Part shown: piece after piece, positions 28,149-39,300 of the stretch | Numbering within the stretch: position 1 is the stretch's first letter | How the letters are laid out: each line of letters starts with the position of its first letter | Origin: a virus | Virus record (IMG/VR): IMGVR_UViG_3300009103_000015 | Span: 1-64,000 of that record | DNA: 64,000 nt | Direction: 5' to 3' (one strand) | The notes under the pieces: model-generated | Database searches by the model: none | What the model was told of the DNA's origin: nothing | The model's input: only the letters and a program-made list of their open reading frames with translations | Position numbers and translations under genes: made by a program

Positions 28149-31100
28149 TTGGCTATCCTCAAGGTATTCCAGAATAGTATATTTGATTCTGACTTATTTC
28201 AAGCTCAAACAATAGGTAAGACATTCCAATCTAACATATTTGATAGTGATATCTTTCAACAAATACCTACCTTAACAAGTATAGATAATGTATTTCAAAC
28301 TGATATCTTTCAGAAAGTTTATGGTGGAAAATTATTATTCCAAAAACAATATACAATATCAACGAGTTCTGAAATAGCTAAAGTATTTCAATCTAGTATA
28401 TTTGATTCTGATTTATTCCAAACAACTTCATTCACTCCAACGATATATCCTAAGAAAGTATTCCAGAATAACATATTCCAGAATGTATTATTCCAAACAA
28501 AACAATTAGCTAATGCTGGAAAGTATATCTTCCAAAGTGGATTATTCCAAGCAGATGTATTTGATGTTCCAAACCTTATCAAGATTTCAATAAGTGAAAT
28601 GATGAGTATCATTGAAGTTCAACCTGAAAAGGTCATGGGATTTGTAAACACATTCAATGATTCTGCAATAGAAATTCTAATGACTATATACAAAGTCATG
28701 GGTAAAACCAAGACTGCTGGTCTTGATGCTGTATCAACTACTGAACTTCAATATCATACAAGAGCTCGGAAGAATCACATCCAAGAAGTTTTAGATTTAT
28801 CAGAGTTTATTAGTTTTAGTAAGAAGACAGATAATACAAGTGTAGAAAAGGTATTTCAGTCTAACATATTTCAATCATCAGTATTCCAAAAGAAGTATAA
28901 GAGAATTAGAGAATCAGCAGATAAAGTATTCAGTTCAATATATCAAAGTGATGTATTCCAAACATTAGGTTTCAAGTTATTAGATATTCCAAATGTATTC
29001 ACATCAATATTTCAGAAAGATATATTCCAAGTTGCTCACACAGTATCAAACCCAGCACCATTCCAAACAAACATCTTCCAATCTAACATATTCCATATCA
29101 CAGTAAAGATAAAACACGCAATCAATGAGAGTGTTGCAATTTCTGAATCAGTTTCATTCGCTAAAGGTAAACCACAAACAATTTCAGATAATGTAGGAAT
29201 TAGTGAACAGAATAATTATATTGAAAACGCATTAGGACAGGCAAAGTCTGAAACAAGAAATGAATCACTATCAATCACTGAATCAATTTCATTCGTAAAG
29301 AAGAAAGTAAAAACAGTTAGTGAAGATGTTTCAGTAGTAGAAGTATTAGATGCAGAAGCAAAGAGAGATCCAAATGTAGTTGCTAAATTATTCCAAACCA
29401 ATATCTTTGATCAGGACATATTTCAAAAGAGATTCCTACTCAAACGACTACAAATATCCAAAGTATTTCAGCTTAACATATTTGATACTGATATTTTCCA
29501 ACAGGTTTTCAATCCTGATGTTATCACTAAGATATTCCAGACAAATGTATTCTCAACTAAATTATTCCAGCAAGAAACAAAGCATAGTGCATTAGGAATT
29601 ATTCAATCAATATTCCAAGTAGGACTATTCCAATCTGATACTTTCCAAACTATTGTTCCAATTCCAAAGATACCAGCACTTGATAGTGTAGGTATAACTG
29701 AAACAATTTCTACAAGAAGAATAAGAAAGAATCCAAAGAGTGTTTCAGAAAACATTTCAATCTCTGAAGGTTTGGTTAGCAGAAAGGGAGATGTTAAAAC
29801 AATCTCTGAATCTATTGGAGTATCAGATTCATTATCATCACAATCAGGTTTCGTTAGAACCACAACAGAAAATGTTTCTATTTCAGAATCAATATCATTC
29901 AAGAAACATAAACAAATTGATGAAACAATTAATGTTTCTGAATCTGTAATAAGACCAAGAGGAATAGTTAGAACAATTTCTGATGGATTAGGTATCACTG
30001 AATCAATAGTAAGACCAAGACCAATAACTAGAATAATTAATGAAACAATATCAATCACTGAATCATTAGTTAAACCTTGGTTCAAGAGAATAGATGAAGC
30101 AGTTGGAATTACTGAATCTGTTCAAAGAGTGAGAAAATTAATCAGGACTTTCAACGAGAATATTTCAATCACAGAAACAGGTAAACCTGAATTTTATAGA
30201 TTATCAGAAAAATTCTTTGAGAAAGTTTTCCAAACAAACGTATTCCAACAAGATGTATTCCAAAAGAAGTATGATGCTAATGCAATTAAGAAAGCAATAT
30301 TCCAATCATTCTTCCAAAGTGATATATTCCAACAGGCATATCAACCATTAGCAAGAACAAAGAAAACAGTATTCCAAACTGACATATTCGATTCTAAATT
30401 ATTCCAATTTGAGTATAATGTTGAAAAACCACTTGCAAGATTATTCCAAAGAAGTGTATTCCAAAATAATATATTCCAAGCAAGAAAATTATTCAAACCA
30501 TCTACAAGTGTTAAGAAATTATTCCAAACGAATGTATTCCAAACAGATTATAGAAAGAGAGTATTCCAACAGGCATTTGATACTGCTGTAATTAAGATTA
30601 GAAACGTATTCAGTGGAATATATCAATACCCATTATTCCAAGCACCTGAACCAATAAGAAAACCAATAGAAGAGATAGAAGGAATATCAGAATCATTAGT
30701 TGTAATTGGTGGAAAACCACAGAGTATTCCTGAAACAATTAATGTTGTTGAATCAACTTCAAGGTCCAGAACATTAGTTAGAAGTATTTCAGATTCAGTT
30801 GGAGTATCAGATACAATTCCATATTACAAACAAAGAACATGGAAGATTCCTCAATCAGATACCATTGGTGTCACAGAAGAAATTACTACAAAGAAAAGAC
30901 AGGTCACATACTTTGTCAATAAAATATTCCAAACTGATATCTTCGACCAAGACATATTCCAAAAGAAATGGGATCAACATAAACTCATTACAAAAGTGTT
31001 CCAATCTAATATCTTTGATACTGACATATTCAGTCAAGGTTTCAATAAGTTCATCATTCCATCTATATTCCAAACGAATGTATTTGGTGGAAAGTTCTGG

Positions 31101-34100
31101 CAGAAACAATATGATACTAGAAAACTTGGTAAGTATATCTTCACAACAGTATTCCAAAGTGATGTATTCCAAGCACCATTCAAGAAAAAGAAATCAGTTG
31201 TTGATACAATAGGAATATCTGAATCATCTTCAAAGGTTAAAGGATTTGTTAAGAAGGTAGATGAATCTCTAGGAATTACAGAAACATTATCTAAGATTGT
31301 TAGAAAGACAATTACTAAATCAATATCAGAAACAGTTGGAATATCTGAAATAAAGAAGTTCGCTAAATCATTACAGGTCACAGTCACAGAGAATGTAGAA
31401 ATCATAGATCTAACCAGAAAGAAACTAGAGAGAGTAATCTTTACAATTCCACGTATCTTCCAAACGAATATTTTCGATCAAGATGTATTCCAAAAACTTT
31501 GGGATCCAACTGCTACTGCAATATCTAAAATATTCCAAAGTAATGTATTTGATACAGATGTTTTCCAACAAGCATTTAGCACTAACATTAAACCAAAGAT
31601 ATTCGACCAAGATATATTCCAAGTCAATGTATTCCAAACTAAATCACATGACATACTAAAGAAATCTAAATCAATATTCACAGGTGGAATATTCCAAGTT
31701 AATGTATTCCAAACTCCACAGAAACTAACAAAATCCGTATATGATAATGTAGGAATTGTAGAATCTGCAATAAAGAAAGTCATTCCACAAATTAGTAAAT
31801 CTATTTCAGAATCAGTAGGAGTTGTAGAATCATCATCTAAATCAGTAGGAAAGACAAAGACAGTTCCATTAGATAATGTAGGAATTACAGAAACAACAGG
31901 TTATGCAAAACTCTTAAAGAAATCTATATCGGACAGCGTATCAATATTAGATCTAACAAGAAAGAAATTAGAACAGGTCATATTCACTATTCCAAGAATA
32001 TTCCAAACCAATATATTCCAACAACCTACAAGCAGTTATCCAAAATACATATTCCAAAAGTTGTGGGATCCATCATCTACATCTATTGCTAAAGTATTTC
32101 AATCAGATGTATTCGATAACGATCTATTCCAACAGGCAAGTGACACGAATATCAAACCTAAAGTGTTCACAAGTATATTCCAGCACAACATATTCCAAAC
32201 CAAACAACAAGATTTGGCAAAGAAATCAAAGGTTGTATTCCAAGTTAAAGTATTCCACAGTAATGTATTCCAAAGTGCAATACAGGTTAAGAAAACAATC
32301 TATGATACTATTGGAGTTGTTGAATCAACAGTAAGAAAGATAATTCCACAGATAAGTAAATCGATATCAGAGAATCTTGGAATCGTTGAAAGTATCAGTA
32401 AGAGTATTGGTAAGACAAAGACCGTTCCAACTGATAGTGTAGGAATTACTGAATCAACTGGATTCGCTAAACTATTGAAGAAATCTGTAAGTGATACAGT
32501 TGGAATTATTGATCTAACTAGATACAACAAAGAACAAACAATATTCACAATTCCGAGAGTGTTCCAAACTAACATATTTGATAATGACGTGTTCCAACAA
32601 CTATGGGATCCATCAAGCACTTCGATTAGTAAAGTATTCCAGTCTAACATATTTGATACCGACGTATTCCAGCAAGGATTCTTCACTAATATCAAGTCAA
32701 AGGTATTCCAAAACATATTCCAACACAATGTCTTCCAAACAAAGATATTTGATATTAAGAAGAAAGCAACAAAGATATTCCAAGTCAAAGTATTCGACTT
32801 CAAAGTATTCCAATCTCCAATCGGAATATTCAAGGCAATATACGATACAGTTAATGTCGCAGAATCTACTGTTAAGAAGATTATTCCTCAAATCAGTAAA
32901 TCAATTAATGAGAATGTAGGAATATCTGAATCAGAGAATAAATCAATAGGAATTACTAAGACTGCTCCAACTGATTCTGTATCAATATCTGAAACAACAC
33001 AGTTTGCTAAGAAATTAACAAAGACTATTACTGAATCTGCAATCACAATCTATGATTTCACAAAACATTTCAAGAAACAAACCATCTTCACGATACCAAA
33101 GGTTTTCCAATCAAATGTATTCGATACAGACGTATTCCAAACTCTATACAATCCACTTGCAACTGCATTTAGTAAAGTATTCCAATCCAATGTGTTTGAC
33201 CAAGATGTATTCCAGAAGGCATACGATAGTGTCATAAGACCAGCAGTATTCACTTCGGTATTCCAGTCTAAAGTATTCCAGAAGGCAGTTGATACGAGAA
33301 AGATTAGAACAAAACCATTCCAGTATAAAGTATTCCAATACAATGTATTCCAAGCACCTCAACTACTCAAGGAATCAATCTATGAAACTGTTAATGTTAA
33401 CGAATCAATCGCAACAAGAAAAGAGAATGTAGTAAGAGCTCAAAAGACAGATACAGTTGGAATAACAGAATCCGTCAGCACAGTAAAAGGAATTGCAAAA
33501 GATACAACAGAAAGTGTTGGAATAGTTGAAACTGTTTACAAATCAATCGGTGTAGTAAAATCTGTCACTGAACCTGTAAGTGTTGTAGAAGTCTTAACCA
33601 AATTCGATTGGAGAAAGATTACATTTATCTATAAAGTGTTCCAAGACTTCTTCCAAGAAAATGTATTCCAACAACAGTATAACATATTCCCATTCAGTGG
33701 AAGAAGAACTGCAAAGATAAAGAAACTATTCCAATCCAACGTCTTTGACAATGATGTATTCCAATCTAAAGTATTCGATCTAGATATAATTCCAAGAGTA
33801 TTCAATCAATGGGTATTCCAACAACCTAGTGATGAATATCCATATCCTGTATTCCAGAGATTATACAAACTATCAGAACATGAGGAAACAAGGACAAAGA
33901 TATTCCAACAGAACATATTCCAGTCCAATCTATTCTCTGTAAGACTACCATTACACATAGAGTATAAACAAGAATATGGAACTGATCCACCAATCGCAAT
34001 CAATGAATCTATAAGTATTGTTCTCGGTAAGAACCAAAGAATCAATGAGAATATTGGAATCAGTGAATCAATATCATTCAATACTGCACAGAACCAAACC

Positions 34101-37100
34101 ATATCTGAATCAGTTGGTATTACAGAAAACTTCAGTAGATCTAGAAGTCTTGTAAGAATATTCACAGAAGAATTACCAATCTTAATGTTCAGAGATGGTT
34201 GGCTAACTCCAAGAAACCTAGTAAGAACGATAGATGAAACTGTTGGAATCACAGAAACAAAGACCTTCCTACAAGGAATGATTAAGACTATTTCAGAATC
34301 CGTATCGGTAGATGAATTTAGACAGAGATTAAGAAAGCCAATAGTTAGATCAATAGCTGAAGCAATTAGTATCGCTGAAAGTGTTGTAAGAGTTAGACCT
34401 GTAATACGTTCAATCTTTGAAGATGTATTCATAGATGGATTCTCATACGAGGGAATTGGAAAGGCAGTTAGAGATAGAACAAGAATCGTAAGTGAAACTG
34501 TTTCAGTAGATGAGTTTAGACAAAGACTTAGAAAGTTATTGGTTAGAACTGTATCTGATAATGTATCTATTGCAGATGTTCCAAACAAGGCAAGAGGTAT
34601 AGCAAGAACCCTATCTGATTCATTAGGAATAACAGATCTATCTGTAAGAACAAGAAACAGAATAAAATCTATTTCAGATTCAGTTTCAATTACAGAATCA
34701 ATCGTAAGAGTATTCACACTTGCTAGAAGTATCAATGAAACTGTTAACGTGGAAATGTTCAGAGATAGAGCTAGAGTAATTGCTAGATCAATTTCAGAAT
34801 CTATTGGAATTATAGAATCAACTGTTTATGCTAGAATACTTAACAGAATTTTATCTGAATCTGTATCTGTTGAAGAAGCATTATCCAAAGCAAGAACATT
34901 ATCAAGAATCATATCTGATAGTGTAGGATTAACAGAACTACCAAAGACAGCTAGAACAATTTCAAGAGCAGTAGCAGATTCAATAGGATTAACAGAATCA
35001 ATATCTAAGGCAAGAACTCTAGCAAGATCAATATCTGATTCAGTAGATATTTCAGAATTTAGAGGAAAGGCAAGAGATCTCATAAGAGTATTCGTAAACG
35101 AAACAGTTGGAATTGTAGAATCAACATCTAGAGTAAGATCACTAGCAAGAAGTGTAGTAGAAAACATTGGAATAACAGATGTCATTTCAAAGGCAAGAAC
35201 ATTAGTTAGATCTGTATCTGATTCTATTGGAATAACTGAATCATTAGTTAAAGCAAGATCTATCGCAAGAGGTATTGTAGAATCTACTGGAATTGTAGAA
35301 TCCATTGGTAGAGCAAGAGGTGTAGCTAGAACAATAACTGATTCATTAGAAATGTATGAGTTTGGTTGGTTAGGATTAAGATTACCATTAAGAGTATTAG
35401 GAAGATCTAGAATTGTTAACGAATCATTAGCAATATCTGAATCTCCAACATCTGTAAGAGGTAGATTAAAGAGAATAGCAGAAAGCATTGGAATCACAGA
35501 AGCCAAATCAAAGGCATTAGGTTTCGTAAGAACATTAACAGAATCTGCAATTTCAATAACTGAAACTTTGAATAGAGTTAGAGCAGTATCTAGACCAATT
35601 TCAGAATCAGTAGGAATTACAGATGCTAGAGATATACAAAGAGCATTATCTAGAATACTTTCAGAGAATGTTGCTGTATCAGAATCATTAGTTAAAGTAA
35701 GAACAATGATAAGAGTTCTATCTGAATCTGTTGCTATATCTGAAGTTCCAACGAAGGTCAGAATAATACTTAGAATGATATCTGAATCCATTGGAATAAC
35801 TGAAACAATATCTAGAGCAAGAGGACTTTACAAGATAATTAACGAATCTGTTGGAATCACTATGTTTAGAAATAGTGGTAGATTAATCGCTAGAATTATT
35901 TCAGATTCAATAGGAATTACTGAAGCAAAGAACATATTTAGAAATAGATTCAGAGCAATACAAGAATCAGTATCATTAACTGAAGCAATCGTAAGAATAA
36001 GAAGCCTAAGTAGAATAATCTCTGATAATGTAGCAGTCGCAGAAGTTTCAGAGAAGATTAGAATAATACTTAGATCTATTTCTGAATCAATCTCAATAGC
36101 AGAAACAGTAGCAAGATCTAGAACCTTATCTAGAATGTTATCAGAAAGTGTTTCAGTCACACAGTTTAGAAATAGTGCTAGAATAATTGCTAGAGTAATA
36201 ACAGAATCAATTTCAATATCTGAAACAGCAATAAGAGTTAGAGGAATTGCTAGAATATTACAAGAATCTGTTGGCTTAGTAGAATCAATAGATATTCAGA
36301 GAGCATTATCAAGAATAAGAGCAGAAACTATTGCTATCACAGAATCAACTTCTAAGTTTAGACTTAGATTACGATCTATTGTTGAATCAGTAGGTATAAC
36401 CGAAGTTCCAGTTAGAGTTAGAGGATTATCTAGAATCATATCTGAATCTGTCGGAATTACAATGTTCAGAAACTCTGCAAGATTAATTGCTAGAATAATA
36501 TCTGAATCAATTTCAGTAGCAGAATCTATCACAACATTAAGAGGAAGATTAAGAGCAATAATAGAATCCATTGGAATTACAGATGTTCCAACTAGAGCAA
36601 AGACTATCGCTAGAATAATACTAGAAACTGTTGCAGTAGAAGACTTTAGAGGTAGAGCTAGAGAATTAATCAGGGTTATTGTCAACGAATCAGTTGCTAT
36701 CACAGAAGCAATACACAAACAATTCTTCATCGCAAGAGCTATTTCAGAAGGAATTGCAATAGCAGAATCTATTGTTAGATCTAGAGGACTATCTAGAATT
36801 ATATCTGAATCAACTTCAATATCTGAATCATTAGTAAGACTAAGAACATTATCTAGAGCAATAGCTGAAGTTGTTAACACAACAGAATTTAGAGGTAGAG
36901 CAAGAGAACTATTAGCAAGAGTAATTTCTGAATCAATAGCAATTACAGAATCATCAATCAAAGTAAGAGGTAGATTGAAACGTATTGCAGAATCAGTAGC
37001 AATAACTCCTGAAACAACTTCTAGAGCAATAGGATTTGTAAGAACTGTTCCATTAGATGTAATAGGAATAACTGAATCATTCAGTAAGGTTAGAGGAAGA

Positions 37101-38129
37101 ATACACGCAGTATCTGAATCTGTTTCAATCACTCAATTCCAAGAAAGATTAAGAAAGATACTAGCAAGAATCATAACAGAATCAATCTCTATATCTGAAG
37201 TAGAACAACGTGTAAGAAATATCAGTAGAATTGATACTGCTTCAATCTCAATCTCTGAAACCAATGAGAGATTAAGAAAAGTATTAGCTAGAATCATAAC
37301 TGAAACTATTGGTATCACAGAAACATTAGATAGACTTTCAAACAAACGTAGAGTTGTATCTGAATCAATTTGGGTTTATGAGTTTAGAGGAAGAGCAAGA
37401 GAGTTAATCAGAGCAATAATAAATGAAACACTATCCATATCTGATTCTGCAATTAATGTAAGAGGTAGAATAAAATCAATAGCAGATACTGTCACAATAA
37501 CAGAACTGATTTCCAAATCAATCATTCTGATAAAGATGATTTCGGATTCAGTAGGAATAACAGAATCTACAAACATAAGAAAATTGATTTCTGTAAAGAT
37601 TGCAGAAGTAGTTTCAATCACAGAATCAGTGATACGAATAAGACCTGTAATAAGAGTAATCACAGAATCAATAGGAATCACAGAATCAGTATTATCATTC
37701 CTCATTCGTGATATAATCAAAGTCATATCAGAATCAGTTTCAATCGCAGAAGAATCTGTTGTTTCAAGATGGATTGGATTAGTATCTACAATATCTAGAG
37801 TTAGATTAGAAAGTGTAAGCATAAGCAGAATATTAACCGAGAAAGATTCAGTATCAAGAATAGTAAGAATCACAGAAGTTGTATCAAAGATATTCACAAT
37901 CGCAGAATTAGAAACAATATCAAGAATAATAACCTCAAAACTATTCACTTCCAGAATAGTAAGTGTGAAAGAGTTCAAATCTTACAGAAGAATATTTGAG
38001 TTCTTATCTAGAATATACTCACAGAAAGAAACATCTTCAGAAATAAAATCTAGTGAAATACAAGAATCAGTCGTGAGAAATGTTAAAAGTGCTGTATCTA
38101 GAATAAGAAATATCTTTAAATTTGAATAG
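28149..38129 (+). CDS. Giant 3326-aa repeat protein (FQ pentad blocks plus ~20-aa ISESIGITE repeats), putative virion fibre
   Basis: Uninterrupted 9.98-kb ORF with a TTG start, two interleaved repeat types, within the structural gene block. Confidence 0.75.
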   Translation: MAILKVFQNSIFDSDLFQAQTIGKTFQSNIFDSDIFQQIPTLTSIDNVFQTDIFQKVYGGKLLFQKQYTISTSSEIAKVFQSSIFDSDLFQTTSFTPTIYPKKVFQNNIFQNVLFQTKQLANAGKYIFQSGLFQADVFDVPNLIKISISEMMSIIEVQPEKVMGFVNTFNDSAIEILMTIYKVMGKTKTAGLDAVSTTELQYHTRARKNHIQEVLDLSEFISFSKKTDNTSVEKVFQSNIFQSSVFQKKYKRIRESADKVFSSIYQSDVFQTLGFKLLDIPNVFTSIFQKDIFQVAHTVSNPAPFQTNIFQSNIFHITVKIKHAINESVAISESVSFAKGKPQTISDNVGISEQNNYIENALGQAKSETRNESLSITESISFVKKKVKTVSEDVSVVEVLDAEAKRDPNVVAKLFQTNIFDQDIFQKRFLLKRLQISKVFQLNIFDTDIFQQVFNPDVITKIFQTNVFSTKLFQQETKHSALGIIQSIFQVGLFQSDTFQTIVPIPKIPALDSVGITETISTRRIRKNPKSVSENISISEGLVSRKGDVKTISESIGVSDSLSSQSGFVRTTTENVSISESISFKKHKQIDETINVSESVIRPRGIVRTISDGLGITESIVRPRPITRIINETISITESLVKPWFKRIDEAVGITESVQRVRKLIRTFNENISITETGKPEFYRLSEKFFEKVFQTNVFQQDVFQKKYDANAIKKAIFQSFFQSDIFQQAYQPLARTKKTVFQTDIFDSKLFQFEYNVEKPLARLFQRSVFQNNIFQARKLFKPSTSVKKLFQTNVFQTDYRKRVFQQAFDTAVIKIRNVFSGIYQYPLFQAPEPIRKPIEEIEGISESLVVIGGKPQSIPETINVVESTSRSRTLVRSISDSVGVSDTIPYYKQRTWKIPQSDTIGVTEEITTKKRQVTYFVNKIFQTDIFDQDIFQKKWDQHKLITKVFQSNIFDTDIFSQGFNKFIIPSIFQTNVFGGKFWQKQYDTRKLGKYIFTTVFQSDVFQAPFKKKKSVVDTIGISESSSKVKGFVKKVDESLGITETLSKIVRKTITKSISETVGISEIKKFAKSLQVTVTENVEIIDLTRKKLERVIFTIPRIFQTNIFDQDVFQKLWDPTATAISKIFQSNVFDTDVFQQAFSTNIKPKIFDQDIFQVNVFQTKSHDILKKSKSIFTGGIFQVNVFQTPQKLTKSVYDNVGIVESAIKKVIPQISKSISESVGVVESSSKSVGKTKTVPLDNVGITETTGYAKLLKKSISDSVSILDLTRKKLEQVIFTIPRIFQTNIFQQPTSSYPKYIFQKLWDPSSTSIAKVFQSDVFDNDLFQQASDTNIKPKVFTSIFQHNIFQTKQQDLAKKSKVVFQVKVFHSNVFQSAIQVKKTIYDTIGVVESTVRKIIPQISKSISENLGIVESISKSIGKTKTVPTDSVGITESTGFAKLLKKSVSDTVGIIDLTRYNKEQTIFTIPRVFQTNIFDNDVFQQLWDPSSTSISKVFQSNIFDTDVFQQGFFTNIKSKVFQNIFQHNVFQTKIFDIKKKATKIFQVKVFDFKVFQSPIGIFKAIYDTVNVAESTVKKIIPQISKSINENVGISESENKSIGITKTAPTDSVSISETTQFAKKLTKTITESAITIYDFTKHFKKQTIFTIPKVFQSNVFDTDVFQTLYNPLATAFSKVFQSNVFDQDVFQKAYDSVIRPAVFTSVFQSKVFQKAVDTRKIRTKPFQYKVFQYNVFQAPQLLKESIYETVNVNESIATRKENVVRAQKTDTVGITESVSTVKGIAKDTTESVGIVETVYKSIGVVKSVTEPVSVVEVLTKFDWRKITFIYKVFQDFFQENVFQQQYNIFPFSGRRTAKIKKLFQSNVFDNDVFQSKVFDLDIIPRVFNQWVFQQPSDEYPYPVFQRLYKLSEHEETRTKIFQQNIFQSNLFSVRLPLHIEYKQEYGTDPPIAINESISIVLGKNQRINENIGISESISFNTAQNQTISESVGITENFSRSRSLVRIFTEELPILMFRDGWLTPRNLVRTIDETVGITETKTFLQGMIKTISESVSVDEFRQRLRKPIVRSIAEAISIAESVVRVRPVIRSIFEDVFIDGFSYEGIGKAVRDRTRIVSETVSVDEFRQRLRKLLVRTVSDNVSIADVPNKARGIARTLSDSLGITDLSVRTRNRIKSISDSVSITESIVRVFTLARSINETVNVEMFRDRARVIARSISESIGIIESTVYARILNRILSESVSVEEALSKARTLSRIISDSVGLTELPKTARTISRAVADSIGLTESISKARTLARSISDSVDISEFRGKARDLIRVFVNETVGIVESTSRVRSLARSVVENIGITDVISKARTLVRSVSDSIGITESLVKARSIARGIVESTGIVESIGRARGVARTITDSLEMYEFGWLGLRLPLRVLGRSRIVNESLAISESPTSVRGRLKRIAESIGITEAKSKALGFVRTLTESAISITETLNRVRAVSRPISESVGITDARDIQRALSRILSENVAVSESLVKVRTMIRVLSESVAISEVPTKVRIILRMISESIGITETISRARGLYKIINESVGITMFRNSGRLIARIISDSIGITEAKNIFRNRFRAIQESVSLTEAIVRIRSLSRIISDNVAVAEVSEKIRIILRSISESISIAETVARSRTLSRMLSESVSVTQFRNSARIIARVITESISISETAIRVRGIARILQESVGLVESIDIQRALSRIRAETIAITESTSKFRLRLRSIVESVGITEVPVRVRGLSRIISESVGITMFRNSARLIARIISESISVAESITTLRGRLRAIIESIGITDVPTRAKTIARIILETVAVEDFRGRARELIRVIVNESVAITEAIHKQFFIARAISEGIAIAESIVRSRGLSRIISESTSISESLVRLRTLSRAIAEVVNTTEFRGRARELLARVISESIAITESSIKVRGRLKRIAESVAITPETTSRAIGFVRTVPLDVIGITESFSKVRGRIHAVSESVSITQFQERLRKILARIITESISISEVEQRVRNISRIDTASISISETNERLRKVLARIITETIGITETLDRLSNKRRVVSESIWVYEFRGRARELIRAIINETLSISDSAINVRGRIKSIADTVTITELISKSIILIKMISDSVGITESTNIRKLISVKIAEVVSITESVIRIRPVIRVITESIGITESVLSFLIRDIIKVISESVSIAEESVVSRWIGLVSTISRVRLESVSISRILTEKDSVSRIVRITEVVSKIFTIAELETISRIITSKLFTSRIVSVKEFKSYRRIFEFLSRIYSQKETSSEIKSSEIQESVVRNVKSAVSRIRNIFKFE
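31407..33600 (+). repeat. Four tandem ~545-560-nt super-repeats inside the giant gene
   Basis: Units begin D(L/F)T..K..Q.IFTIP(R/K).FQ at ~31407, ~31950, ~32511, ~33054. Confidence 0.75.
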
Positions 38130-38144
38130 ATTAATGAATAGAGT

Positions 38145-38495
38145 ATGGCAACTTATGAAGATGCAGTTATCAGAATCGGAAATAAAGGAACTGTAATAGA
38201 TGTGAAAATGTATTCAGTATCTGCCGATGGAAATACTCAAACTGCATTAGATCTATCTGCTGGAAATTCATATCAGATTGAGTTCAAAAGAAAAGATTCT
38301 ACAACTCAAGTTGTCACAGCAACCGTAAAGAATGGAAGTGGAACAGATGGTATTCTCACATATACTGACACAGGTGGAGCTGTCTTTGCTCACACTAGTG
38401 CAAAAAGAGGTAGATGGGAAGTAAGAGGAATCATTAATTATGCTTCAGGCAACGTTTTTAAAGGAAGCTGGGAAGGTTTTACTGTTGGCGAATAG
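38145..38495 (+). CDS. BppU-N-like Ig-fold virion protein
   Basis: GTVIDV...ALDLS...IEFKRKD...DGILTYT...GRWEV. Confidence 0.5.
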   Translation: MATYEDAVIRIGNKGTVIDVKMYSVSADGNTQTALDLSAGNSYQIEFKRKDSTTQVVTATVKNGSGTDGILTYTDTGGAVFAHTSAKRGRWEVRGIINYASGNVFKGSWEGFTVGE

Positions 38496-39165
38496 AGAAC
38501 CAGATGTTGAAATTCGAGGTGGTAAAGTTGTTAAAAGAAAATATGAATCAAAAGAAGATTTTGATAATAGAGATAATGAAGAAAAAGTTGTAAGTGGAAT
38601 TAATCCAAAATATATTCAAGGTAATAGAAAATACAGTCAAGAAGAACAAACAAAGAAAGCTTTAGCTGACTTGAAATCAATAGGAACTGAAAGAATAAAA
38701 AAAATTACCTGTATGTGTTGTGAGAAAACATTTGGAGATCATTCTCATAAAGACTTGTTAAGATGTGTTCAATTATTACAAAATACTAATTGTGCATGGG
38801 GTTATGAATTAGCTGAATACAAAGCAATAGAAAAAATGCAAATAGAAGAACTAAGATCAAAACAAACTTCTGAAATGCAAGAAGATAAAGGAGATATGGA
38901 AAATCCTGAATGGAAAGATGTAGATATGTCACAGGAAGGAGAGAAAGAAATGCTTGATAAAATAAAAGGGGATATGGATTCTCATGAATCAAATATAGAG
39001 AAAATTGACATGGATGAATTAGATGAGAAAGGTTCAACAATGTTTGAAACTAAAGATGAAGATGGAAATAATGTAGTAGTAGAAGCTATCGATCCAGAAT
39101 CAGATTTAGGTAAGAAAATACTTAAAGAAGAGAGAGAGAAGAAGAAACATGGCAAATCTAACTGA
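38485..39165 (+). CDS. Hypothetical protein with CxxC-H-C Zn site
   Basis: CMCCEKTFGDH...LLRC; probable TTG start at 38485. Confidence 0.55.
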   Translation: MANREPDVEIRGGKVVKRKYESKEDFDNRDNEEKVVSGINPKYIQGNRKYSQEEQTKKALADLKSIGTERIKKITCMCCEKTFGDHSHKDLLRCVQLLQNTNCAWGYELAEYKAIEKMQIEELRSKQTSEMQEDKGDMENPEWKDVDMSQEGEKEMLDKIKGDMDSHESNIEKIDMDELDEKGSTMFETKDEDGNNVVVEAIDPESDLGKKILKEEREKKKHGKSN

Positions 39166-39259
39166 AACAGCAGGTGGTAAGTGTGATAGATGTAATCATC
39201 ATCAGAAGTATCATAAGACACAACAATGTTCATTCGAGAACTGTTCTTGTGGCAAATAA
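39149..39259 (+). CDS. 36-aa Cys/His microprotein (not in ORF track)
   Basis: MANLTETAGGKCDRCNHHQKYHKTQQCSFENCSCGK. Confidence 0.5.
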   Translation: MANLTETAGGKCDRCNHHQKYHKTQQCSFENCSCGK

Positions 39260-39300
39260 AAGATTTTTAAGACATGATTAATCACTAATTTTGTGAGATT

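Noticed and set aside
31407-33600. Possible diversity-generating retroelement template/variable repeats
   Set aside because: No reverse transcriptase is in the window, and differences between units are not adenine-specific. Ordinary tandem duplication fits better.
28388-37978. Many long minus-strand ORFs (up to 321 aa) opposite the giant gene
   Set aside because: They are antisense shadows of the repetitive, codon-biased + strand. They mirror its repeats and lack independent motifs.
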